Shown: piece by piece, positions 53,636-64,000 of the stretch
How positions within the stretch are numbered: position 1 is the stretch's first letter
Layout: each line of letters opens with the position of its first letter
DNA from: Octopus bimaculoides
Taxonomy: Eukaryota
Direction of reading: 5' to 3'
Assembly: GCF_001194135.2 (NCBI RefSeq)
Contig: NC_068990.1
Coordinates: forward strand, 58,705,386 to 58,769,385
Length of the DNA stretch: 64,000 nucleotides
Notes under the pieces: generated by a model
Databases searched by the model: none
What the model was told of the DNA's origin: nothing
What the model saw: the letters and a program-made list of their open reading frames with translations, nothing else
Made by a program: the position numbers and the translations under genes

Positions 53636-54923
53636 AAAGTGAGGATGAATATTACTTATATTTGTTACATCTCTTTATTAGTAAGCATCATATTTTGGGA
53701 CTGTGTTAAATAGATTTTTTTCCTGTCTCAGTTTCGATCCTAAGATCAGTTCGTACGTGACGACATTCCATTTTCATCTCAATCTTCACTCCTATACAAG
53801 AAACAATTATTATTTCTCTTACCGTAGCCGACACAGTATTCTGAAATAAATTGTCGATGATCCGAGCATGTGACCTGTTTTCGATTCCAGTTGAAACAAT
53901 TCTCTTATGCGTGTAACACCCTTTTGTAAAGTCATAAGCATCACAATTTCTTATTATCTACTATTCTCCCCACCCTCTTCCATCCCTTTCTCTGTCTCTC
54001 GTCATCAAAAGGAAAAAAAAGAAAAACTTCTAGTTTTATCCCATGTAAGAAACAATTATTTTTCTTCTCCCTCTTGTCACCTATATCATATTAAATATGG
54101 CGAATTTAGATAAAGAAAATAGTTTCATTTCAACAAGAAAGGAAGTATTATTAGTATTATAGACCGCACCAATCAAGTCTAAAATTTATTAGCGGATAGA
54201 GCTATCCATTTACAGAAGAACGCAATGGATACATCAAGAAAATTGCTTTCGGAATCAAATTAAGGATTATCTACAAGTGGACCAATTTGCGTTCTTGCCA
54301 GTTCATTCCAAGCGAATCCTACTGCTATAAGTTCATCTTCTTCGATCACATCTACAGAAGTGGACGAAATAGTGTTCGACTGCTGACGAAACTTAGTTCC
54401 AATATAAATATATTGAGAAACCTGGCTTTGGTCAGAGGTGCTTTGTCTGTGAAACTTTGTAGCTCAGTGAATGATGGAGCGCTTGGTTGAATAGTTTTCC
54501 CATTTAACAAAATAGAGTTAAATGTATGGCAAAAAGCGGCTGAGCGTTAACTTAACTAACAACAGACGGCTTCTCAGAATTTCCAGTCATTAGACAGCAT
54601 TCCAACTCAATAGCATTTCTCTACTCAGGAATCTCGATTCTGTAATTGCTGCAGCACTATTCGCTTCACAAAATTCTTGATTAACTTAATGAAGGTTGAC
54701 ACCAAGATCCAAGCGCAAGACTAGTTAAACACAAGAAACTCATCAGATTGTTGCTTTAGAATACACTTTCACTTCATATACATACATACATACATACATA
54801 CCTACATACATATATATATATATACATACATACATACATACATACATATTCATATATGTATATACNNNNNNNNNNNNNNNNNNNNNNNNNNNNNNNNNNN
54901 NNNNNNNNNNNNNNNNNNNNNNN

Positions 54924-54968
<45 letters not shown>

Positions 54969-55115
54969 ATATATGTATATATATAAAATATTAATGTATA
55001 CAGCAAAAATATGAAACTAAAGAATATATGTATGTGTGCGTATGTACGTATATGCATGTATGCATATATATATGTGAGAATGTGTACGCGTGAGTGTGTG
55101 TACATATGTATGCAC

Positions 55116-55146
<31 letters not shown>

Positions 55147-55224
55147 GGTAGGTAGGTATGTATACATGTATGTATGCATATGCATTCATGCATATGCATT
55201 CATGCATGTATGTATATGTATTCA

Positions 55225-55238
55225 GATAGATAGATAGG

Positions 55239-55278
<40 letters not shown>

Positions 55279-55402
55279 AAGAAGAAGAAGAAGAAGAAGA
55301 AGAAGAAGAAGAAGAAGAAGAAGAAGAAGAAGAAGAAGAAGAAGAAGAAGAACAAGAAGAAGAAGAACAAGAACAAGAACAAGAACAAGAAGAAGAAGAA
55401 GA
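55225..55402 (+). repeat. (AGAT)n followed by (AGA)n/(AGAACA)n
   Basis: Read directly from the sequence. Confidence 0.95.
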
Positions 55403-55874
55403 GATAAAATATTCTTCACTTAGACATATAGTCAATCATTCAATGGGCAGCGATATAATTGGCCAAATCCACTTCACTATTGAGGTGTCGCATATTTCTT
55501 CAACTACAAAAAGGTTGAAGAGCAAAGTTTGTTACCCACGTAATTTGAACTTAAAACAACATGTGTGATTTTCATTACTGTAATGCACTCTGATGTCCGA
55601 TACTCTGTAGTTTTCATCGTTATTTGGAATCACATTATAAAGTATCTAAAACACATGTACAGGCATACCTCAACTTACGAAATACATCCCTTTTGTAATA
55701 CGTCTTTTTCGACCCTACATGGGTCTTGTTTTAAAGAAACTAATGGAAATCATAAACTTCATCTTCAGTTGATTTATCAGATTTCACGTCGTTATCAGTG
55801 AACATATTTAAAGACATATAAATTAAAAACACACCTAAGAACTATTCTTCCGCTGAAGAGTAAAGTAACTAACT

Positions 55875-56180
55875 GGCTCTTCGTCAGTTGCAACGCCAAG
55901 GACTCCAGTTGATCTGATCAACGAAACAGCCTGCTCGTGAAATTAACGTGCAAATGACTGAGCACTTCACAAACACGCGTACTTTAACGTAGTTACCAGA
56001 GAGATCCAGCGTGACAAGGCTGGCTGTTTGAATTACAGATACAACTCATTTTTGCCAGCTGAACGAACTGGAGCAACTTGAAGAGAAAAAGCGTCTTGCT
56101 CAAGGACACAACGCGCTGCTAGAAATCGAACTCACGATCTTAAGCGCGAATACCCTTATTATTTAACCATGTGCCTTCAC
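55875..56180 (-). mobile_element. Full-length family C SINE
   Basis: CCAGTTGATCTGATCAACGAAACAGCCTGCTCGTGAAATTAACGTGCA..GTCTTGCTCAAGGACACAACGCG..ATCGAACTCACGATC. Confidence 0.88.
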
Positions 56181-56407
56181 GTGATTTATCAAATAAAATA
56201 CATGTCAAAACATGCAGAAACCATTTATTAAAACCGTTATAATGTGATAAAGTTTTAAAAGTGTTTTACTGTGTTACATCGTTTTTCGACTTGGAACCAA
56301 TGACCGACGTAAGGTGAAGTGTGCCTGTATTTTAAAATTCTTATAATGATTCATATACTTTATGAGCCATGCATCGATACTATAATATTATTATAACGGA
56401 ACAAAAT

Positions 56408-56600
56408 GTAGTGAACCGGCAGAATCGTTAGAGCGTCGAAAAATGCATGGCAGCATTTCTTCCTACTTTTCACATTCTGATTTTAAACTCTGCCGTAATT
56501 AACTTTGACTTTCAGGGTCGATAAAATAAAGTACCAATCAAGTACGATGATCGATGGTATCGACTTACCCTTCCTCTCGGAAATCCTGCCCTTCTGTCTG
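56408..56600 (+). mobile_element. Decayed family A SINE
   Basis: GGCAGAATCGTTAG..CAGGGTCGATAAAATAAAGTACCA..ATCGACTTACCC. Confidence 0.8.
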
Positions 56601-56896
56601 TATCGAAGACCATTATCATTACTGAAGCTAATGGAAGTATAATTATGTATGTAACCGAAACTCCGTTATCCCTTCCTCTCACAACATATCTTTTCCTCAC
56701 TGGGTAATCACTTTTCCCAACGTCCGTACACCAAACACCTTTTTAAAATGATCAAATAGAATTAATTCACATCGCCTTTTACAATAGCCATCTCTGAAGG
56801 AATGAAATAAAACTTGTAAGAGTTATTTTCTGGCACACGAGAGTATTGTCTTGAATGCCTGCTATATAGCTGTCTAACAATATTTTCTACATGTTT

Positions 56897-57329
56897 AAGG
56901 CGGTGAGAAGGTAGAATCGTTAACATGCCGGGAAAAATGCTTAGCAGCATTTCGTCCGTCTTTATGTTCTGAGTTCAAATTCCGCCGAGGTCAACTTTGC
57001 CTTTCATTCCTCTCTGGGTCTATAAAATAAGTAGTAATTAAGCATTGGGCTCAGTGTGAGCGACTTATCCTCTCCCCCGAAATTGCTGGCCTTGTACCAA
57101 AATTTTAAACCAACATTTTTCACATGTTAAGGCGGTGAGTGGGCAGAATCGTTAACATACGGAACAAAATGCTTAGCGGCATTTCTTCAGCTTTTGCGTT
57201 CTGAATTCAAATTCCGCCGAGGTCGACTTTACCTTCCATCATTTCGGGGTCAATATAATAAGTAATAAGTTGATTGCATCGACTCATCCATTCTCTCAAA
57301 CTGTTGTCCTTGTGCCAAAATTTGAAACT
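56897..57329 (+). mobile_element. Head-to-tail pair of family A SINEs (56897-57111 and 57129-57329)
   Basis: Both heads read AAGGCGGTGAG. A related spacer AACA(AT)TTTT(C)TACATGTT lies before, between and (decayed) after the copies. Confidence 0.9.
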
Positions 57330-58195
57330 AACATTTTCCCACCCGTAAGGTAACGTTAATATGTCAGGTGATTTTGGTATTTAAAATTGTTTTTACATAG
57401 TCGCTCACCCTGCTAGAAATGTCTCCCTTAAACCGTACCTTCAAATCTACCTCAATTTACATCCTATTGTCTTAAGAATATATTGGACACCTGCTGCCTA
57501 ATATACAAAAACATAGAATGATCACAACTGCACCAGATTTCATGAGTTTATTCAATTGGATCTGATCTAGAGTTAATTAACAACAGCAACAAGTTTACTT
57601 TGACCCAATATGCGATGGCCTCTGCGTGTGAATTGATCTGCTGGAAAGAGTAGTCAAATTTCACTCAACTCACACTACTGCTTTAAATTAACATGAATAT
57701 ACTGCACAGTGTAGTCTTGTATCTATTCAAAAAGGCAAGATGATAGATATGTACATACATGATGATTGCTTCATCTTGCTAGATGATAGCTGTCTCACAT
57801 TCAGCTAGAAATGAGTAGCGATATATATGTATGTCATTGGATTCAAGTGACAAAAGCTTGTACAAAACTTTTTCCAAACTCTCGGTCACCGTAGTAGGTT
57901 CCAGTGACAAGCATTGCAGGGTGACTGGTACTATTTTGACTGCAAGTTTTATGTTAGAATGTCTTTCTCCTAGAAGAGCTGCCTTCTCCACGACTTTGTC
58001 AGAAATAATGGGAACTTTCTCTTCCCCGTGGAAATGTATTAAACACGTACATGGAAACCTTACAGGTACTACCGTCCCGGTTCAGAGTGGATCTGGGACT
58101 GATGATAATTAAGGGGTTATTCCACGCTAGCCACAACTCCATAACTCCAGAACTAGAGTCTCACCACTGGTTGGAGTTTAATGTCATAACTATGA

Positions 58196-58764
58196 CATAC
58201 ATACATACATACATACATACATACATAAGAACCTACAGTATGGTAGAAGCCATATGCCACACATAATAAAAAGGAATACTGGCGAAATGTCCTAGTGAAG
58301 ATCTCAATAAAATATAGACACAATAGACCTGGCATAATAATTTAATTTGGGATAGAAAAGAGAAACTGTGTACAGGTTGCGGAAATTAGCTGCCCAGAGG
58401 ATGTTAACATAAAGCTAAAGATCAGCAGAAAAGAAAATACCTACGCTGAACTATTGAGGAACCTACAGTTACTTTATCCAGATTACAACTTCAGGTTTAT
58501 ACCTGTAATTATTGGGGCACTGAAATATGTAACACACTGCTTAAATACCAATCTTGAGAAATTAGGCTTCTCAAAACCAGAAAGGAGAAAGTTGATTCGA
58601 AGACTACCGATCCAAGCTATCACTGGAACTGTAAAAATCTGTAAAACTTCCCAAAAGTTTGTCATTTAAATATATATGAGCATGTCTAGATATGTAACTA
58701 TATGCATGAGAATACATAAAACAAAATATACAAATCTGTATACATACATACATACATACATACA
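58196..58764 (+). mobile_element. 5'-truncated RLE-type non-LTR retrotransposon, (TACA)n family, copy 2, flanked by (CATA)n on both sides
   Basis: HNRPGII..WDRKEKLC..EISCPEDVNIKLKISRKENTYAELLRNLQLLYPDYNFRFIPVIIGAL..TGTVKICKTSQKFVI*. Collinear with 8307-8840. (CATA)8 at 58196-58227 and (TACA)6 at 58741-58764. Confidence 0.88.
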
Positions 58765-58765
58765 T

Positions 58766-59084
58766 GTGTTGGCGCTCCGTCACTTACGACGACGAGGGTT
58801 CCACTTGATCCGATCAACGGAACAGCTTGCTCGTAAAATTAACGTGCAAGTGGCTGAGCACTCCACAGACACGTGTACCCTTAACGTAGTTCTCGGGGAT
58901 ATTCAGCGTGACACAGTGTGACAAGGCTGACCCTTTGAATTACAGGCACAACAGAAACAGGAAGTAAGAGTGAGAGAAAGTTGTAGTGAAAGACTACAGC
59001 AGGGTTCGCCATCATCCCCTGCCGGAGCCTCGTGGAGCTTTAGGTGTTTTCGCTCAATAAACACTCATAACACCCGGTCTGGGA
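58766..59084 (-). mobile_element. Family D SINE (head lost in the gap)
   Basis: Closely similar to 3566-3890. Confidence 0.9.
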
Positions 59085-60204
59085 ANNNNNNNNNNNNNNN
59101 NNNNNNNNNNNNNNNNNNNNNNNNNNNNNNNNNNNNNNNNNNNNNNNNNNNNNNNNNNNNNNNNNNNNNNNNNNNNNNNNNNNNNNNNNNNNNNNNNNNN
59201 NNNNNNNNNNNNNNNNNNNNNNNNNNNNNNNNNNNNNNNNNNNNNNNNNNNNNNNNNNNNNNNNNNNNNNNNNNNNNNNNNNNNNNNNNNNNNNNNNNNN
59301 NNNNNNNNNNNNNNNNNNNNNNNNNNNNNNNNNNNNNNNNNNNNNNNNNNNNNNNNNNNNNTGTGTGTGTGTGTGTGTGCGTGTGTGTGTGTGCGCGTGT
59401 GTGTGCGTGTGTGAAAAGAAGGTTAGGAGACATTGCCCGGCGGATGTTGTTGCTAATGGTGAACGGAACGGTTCTTTTGTGAAACGCAAATCATAACTTT
59501 GGATATGCGACAAATAATAAGTTTTCATGCTTCTCTCAGTAACCGTAATTGAGCAAGAAAAGTAAATTAGCATCGATGACTCAAGAATTGAAATAAGACA
59601 TGCGGTCTCGCTTTACTGCATTCCGCTGCACTTGCCGTTCTTGATAATATATTTATCTCTCTCTCAAACTAACACAAAGAGGCACATTTATTTGGTCTGA
59701 ATATAACCGGTGGAACTCGACCCAGATATGTATTACTCATGCCCTTTTTTTTCAGTGGATCTAAAAGGGATGAAAGACAAAGCTGATCCCGATTAGATAT
59801 ATTCTTTTTATTCTTTGTTTTTCTTTTTTTTTTTAGAAGTTTCAGTTGTAGGACTGCGGCCATGTTGGAGCACCAAAGAGACATAAACGCAAAATGCATT
59901 TTCTCTGTCTTTCTACCACTTCTGTAACTATTGTTCTTCTATATTAACTATTGTGATACCAAATCTTCGATGTGGTACGTGGAGCATTTTAAAGAGTCAA
60001 CAGAAGACACGAACGGTTGGAGATGCGAATTAACTACACTGGATTAAAAAGGAATTGAAGTTACTTTGCAAACAGAATGTGTGTTTACAATATAGCTTCA
60101 ATAATAACAATGTATGTGCAACTTTCACTATATATTAATTCTTAACAATGGACGAGACCAATCACTGAGGGATAGATTGCAGAAGCGATTAAATCGCCTT
60201 CAGT

Positions 60205-60400
60205 AATTGGTTTAAAATTTTGGTATAAGTCCAGCGATTTCAGGGCAGGGGTTAAGTCGAATACATAAACCCCAGTACTCAAATAGTACTTATTTTATCG
60301 ACTCCGAAAGGATAAAAGATAAAATCGACTTCATCGGAATTTGAACTCAGAACGTAAAAATGGACAAGCTTGTTAACGATTCTGCTAGCTCGCCGCCTCA
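60205..60400 (-). mobile_element. Family A SINE
   Basis: GTACTTATTTTATCGACTCCGAAAGGA..GGAATTTGAACTCAGAACG..AACGATTCTGCTAGCTCGCCGCC. Confidence 0.85.
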
Positions 60401-60916
60401 TACCGTTTTCAGTAATTAAACTCAGGTAAAGTCAATTCTAGTTGGATTTGAACTCAAAACGTAAAGAGAACGTTGTTTACTACTTCAGTGTCCATTTTTT
60501 CACTAATCCTGCCACATACTTGTTACATGATTAAATCTAATATTAATGCACGGCTACCTATAAGGGTGGTGTGTTGGCAGAGTTGGTTGTGTGATGAACA
60601 AAATATTTTGGTGCAGTGTTGTTCACATTGTAAGTGATTCACAAAATCTCATCACCCACCAAATATATATTTACTTTTAATTAAATAATGCAACACAATA
60701 GGACATAAAACAAGCTGTGGCCCAAGAATAGAGATTGGCCGCCAGTTTTGTTGGTCCTGCTGGTGGTCCATTTGAACCAAGCCGAGCATCACTGCCTTCG
60801 AGTATTTAGTCGAATCGCTTTACGCTTCCAATTCAAATCCCTTCGAAGTCAACATTTTTCTTTCACCTATCCCTGATCGATAGTATAAATAACATTTCAA
60901 TATACATAACTTGACT

Positions 60917-61138
60917 AAGGCGGCGAACTGACAAAATCGTTACGGTGCCGGGCAAAATGCTTTGCGGCATTTCGTCCGTCTTTATGTTTTGAGTTCAAAT
61001 TCCGCCCATGTCAACTTTGATTTTTCTTCTTTTCGAGATCGATAAAAGAAGTACCAGTCTGGGTTCTATATATTGGGTTCAATGTAATCGACTTATCCTT
61101 CCTCTAAAATTACTGACTGTGTGCCAGAATTTGAAATA
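60917..61138 (+). mobile_element. Family A SINE with near-TSD
   Basis: AATATACATAACTTGACT (60899-60916) and AATATCCAACTTGACT (61139-61154). Confidence 0.88.
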
Positions 61139-61654
61139 AATATCCAACTTGACTCGGACTTATTCAGTCGACACGGATTTGTATAACCCCTTGCCAATGT
61201 TAAAGATCTATATATTGCAAATTACGACTTGCAGTATATTGTAAACATTATTGCTCTACTATATTTGAACAAAATGCATTCTGTGGGTAGGCGTAACAGA
61301 GTACAATTCTAATTGGGATTGATTTTGATTTTAATTATTTCGAAATCGATAAAATAAAGTATCAATCAAGCACTGAGGTTGATTTCGTCGATATTAGCCT
61401 TATTCTAAGATAAATGACTTTGAATCTTTTTAATTTTACTGTTCGATACTCCAGCCGGTTGTCCATGACTTGTCAGTATGATCAACTGACCACGCTCGAA
61501 CCAATAGGGGAGACCTCCCCTATCAGAAATATAAATCAAATCTTTAAAATGCAACTTACAGTATAGAAAAGAGAAAAATACATTCGATATTCTCGTCATA
61601 GATACACGATGTTTGAATATCATTAGAATGAGTTAATGAGGGAGCCTTTTTTAC

Positions 61655-61715
61655 AGATTGCTTGACTTGTTAGAAATGCCAACCGAATCTCCTTCAAATC
61701 GCACCCTACCGCTAA
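61655..61715 (+). repeat. Fragment of a further interspersed repeat (CTAGAAAT.RCAGCCAAAT motif)
   Basis: Similar decayed motifs at about 15757-15800 (-), 29195-29235, 57400-57475 and 62495-62550. Confidence 0.45.
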
Positions 61716-62617
61716 GTTCAAGATCTTATCAGGGCTCATGATCCTCACCAAAACTTCAGTGATCATATTCTTCTACGGCAATAAAAAAGCGTAGTTGGAT
61801 TGAAGTAAATATATATTGTGAATAATGATTCTATACGCCCTTCTCAAAGTGCAACCAATTTTGAGAGGAAAAAGAGATGAATCATCCCTTACATTTAACT
61901 AGGGCCTAAATTTAGACGCCGGACGTTTAAAATTCAAAGTTGACCACGTAAAGATTTGAACTCAAGACACGAAGAACCACACAATTGGTTTAAGGCATGT
62001 TCTCGACGCTCTACCGATTCTGCCAATCGACCATCCTCACATAAGCTACTCTACTGTATTCTTTCTGTAACAGGCTGAATTCTACGCGCAGCGTCTTTAT
62101 TAATAATTGATATGAAACAACAGAGGATGAGCGTTAACTATAGTTAATCGTACATAACGATAACCCCATGCAATTAATATCAATAATAAATAATCCTCTT
62201 ATCAGTCTGAACAAAACTTAATCCGGTGTAATCCATATCACCTCAGAAAATAATCCAGCAAAAAATCAGCATCCCTGACTGATAATCTCACACTACTTAA
62301 ATAAACGAGATAATATCGCACGTTCAAACTCACATTATTATAAAATTCCATTTGATTTGAGACATGGTTTCTAACTCATATGACGGCAGAAATTACATTG
62401 CGTTCTCTGGCATTTCAATATTTCATTCAAATATTATCGAAGTATTTGAAAGAAATTCTATCAAAGCGAGCCAATGAGGGAGTCATTATTATTCACTCGA
62501 CCAGCTAGAAATAACAGCCCAAATAACCCAGCAATTACACCTTACCGTGGTGATTCTGAAATGGTGCACAGCAAGAAATGTTGAAGTGTACCGTGGATTA
62601 TTTAAAATATGATATAA

Positions 62618-62820
62618 GGCACAAGAGCCGAAATTTGGTGGGAGGGGACTAGTCGATTACATCAACCCCAGTGTTTCACTGGTACTTAGCTTATCGACAC
62701 CGAAAGGAGGAAAGGCTAAGTCGACTCCGGCGGAATTTGAACTCAGAACGTAAACACGGACGAAATACCGCAAAGAATTTCACCGGGGGAGCTAACGATT
62801 CTGCCAGCTCACCACCTTAA
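62618..62820 (-). mobile_element. Family A SINE abutting the (AAC)n/(AAT)n array
   Basis: GTCGACTCCGGCGGAATTTGAACTCAGAACG..GCTAACGATTCTGCCAGCTCACCACCTTAA. Confidence 0.9.
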
Positions 62821-62833
62821 CAACAACAACAAC

Positions 62834-62922
<89 letters not shown>

Positions 62923-62970
62923 TTATAATAATTATAATAATTATAATTATAATAATAACAACAACAACAT
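62821..62970 (+). repeat. (AAC)n/(AAT)n microsatellite
   Basis: Read directly from the sequence. Confidence 0.95.
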
Positions 62971-63470
62971 CGACAGAATGATCCAGACTAATCGACCAGG
63001 CATAGTCATTAAAGACGGAGAAGAAAGTACTTGTAGACTAATAGATGTAAGCGCTCCCAGTGATAAAAATATATCTGTAAAGGAATTTGACAAATTAAGT
63101 AAGTATAAGGACCTAGAAATTGGAATACAAAAGATGTGGCATCTTAAAGCAAGAACTGTTCCTGTTATTATGGGTGCCCTAGGTATGATAAGAAAGGGGT
63201 GTTAGAAACATCTAGATGATATCCCAGGAGAACCATGTCTCAGAGAAATCCAAAAGATTGTGGTGACAAGTACTGCCCACATCATTAGAGAAATACTATC
63301 AATTTAAATGTTTGTGTTGTGTTGCATGAAGATATTTCGTTACTGCCCCTGCCACTCGTCCTCCTCAAGCTTGCAGTCATACTGTAAATCTCTTATCCTT
63401 CACACGCCCTAAGACACCGGATGTGTCTCCGCGAGTGATTATAACAAACACGCAAATTAAAATTAAATAA
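62971..63470 (+). mobile_element. 5'-truncated Dong/R4-clade non-LTR retrotransposon 3' end (RLE and 3' UTR)
   Basis: DRMIQTNRPGIVIKD..TCRLIDVSAPSDKNISVKEFDKLSKYKDLEIGIQKMWHLKARTVPVIMGALGMIRKGC*KHL..TSTAHIIREILSI* (stop at 63305-63307). The 3' UTR runs into (AAT)n. Confidence 0.9.
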
Positions 63471-63472
63471 TG

Positions 63473-63566
<94 letters not shown>
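63468..63566 (+). repeat. (AAT)n(GAT)n microsatellite
   Basis: Read directly from the sequence. Confidence 0.95.
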
Positions 63567-63567
<1 letters not shown>

Positions 63568-64000
63568 CTACTGAGTTTCCAGTCCTCTCTATAAACTAAA
63601 AATGAATTAGACTAACGGTTACAAATGCTACGGAAAAACAGTCAGCCACCTTCTATATATAGATGACCTAAAATTATATGCTAAAAACGACAGAGAGCTA
63701 GAAACATTACTACAGACAGTACACGGCTTTACCAAGGAAATAGATATGAAATTCGGATTAGAAAAATGTGCCAAACCAACCCTGAAAAGAGGAAAATTAG
63801 TTAAAAGTAGCAATATAACACTAGATAAAGCCAATGAAATAAGAGAACTAGACTAAAGCCAGCCATACAAGTATTTAGGAGTCAGTGAACTAGATAGGAT
63901 ACAACATACACAAATGAAAGAAAAAATAAAGAAAGAGTACGAAAGACGAGTTAGATCAATACTAAAAACAGAGCTCAATGCTAAAAACAAGATAATGGGT
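63567..64000 (+). mobile_element. Dong/R4-clade reverse transcriptase fragment, 5'-truncated, continuing past the window end
   Basis: Frame from 63611: TNGYKCYGKTVSHLLYIDDLKLYAKNDRELETLLQTV..FTKEIDMKFGLEKCA..RELD*SQPYKYLGV..KEYERRVRSILKTELNAKNKI. Contains the RT YxDD, FGLxKC and YKYLG motifs and one internal stop. Confidence 0.92.

Noticed and set aside
54260-54463. Minus-strand 67-codon Met-less open frame (ATKFHRQS..GTKFRQQS..EEDELIAVGFAWNELARTQIGPLVDNP*)
   Set aside because: Protein-like to the eye, but the length is expected by chance and I recognise no homolog. A tblastn or RNA-seq hit would be needed.
57779-58112. Overlapping ORFs on both strands (70 and 93 aa), possibly a DNA-transposon remnant
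   Set aside because: No catalytic or zinc-finger motif could be identified with confidence.
61504-61523. Perfect 8-bp hairpin ATAGGGGA-gacc-TCCCCTAT
   Set aside because: An isolated short stem is expected by chance in 64 kb, and no associated element termini were found.

Overview
Eukaryotic, AT-rich, repeat-saturated draft-assembly window with about 17 N-gaps, nearly all flanked by microsatellites. The repeat landscape (tRNA-headed SINE families, very dense TA/TG/TACA/AGAT/AAT microsatellites) resembles an octopus (coleoid cephalopod) genome; this taxon call is inference. I cannot support any intact host protein-coding gene, RNA gene, CRISPR array or prokaryotic feature. Most ORF-track entries are microsatellite or N-gap artefacts. 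Supported content: (1) five tRNA-derived SINE families, labelled A-E here, in dozens of copies, several with clear 12-18 bp target-site duplications (TSDs) and with nesting and stacking; (2) decayed non-LTR retrotransposons with a restriction-like endonuclease (RLE): two copies of a family ending in (TACA)n, two Dong/R4-like fragments in an (AAT)n/(GAT)n array, and a CRE-like 3' end; (3) a decayed L1/Tx1-type APE endonuclease; (4) a 226-codon decayed frame with a CCCH-like zinc finger; (5) a Helentron/DINE-like non-autonomous element; (6) a CpG-rich segment with a CAAGATGGC start context that could be a promoter or first exon. The best leads are microsatellite-associated RLE retroelements and SINE-driven microsatellite and dsRNA structures. 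I found no novel multi-gene system. Translations, alignments and coordinates were done by eye, so boundaries are approximate unless a TSD is quoted.
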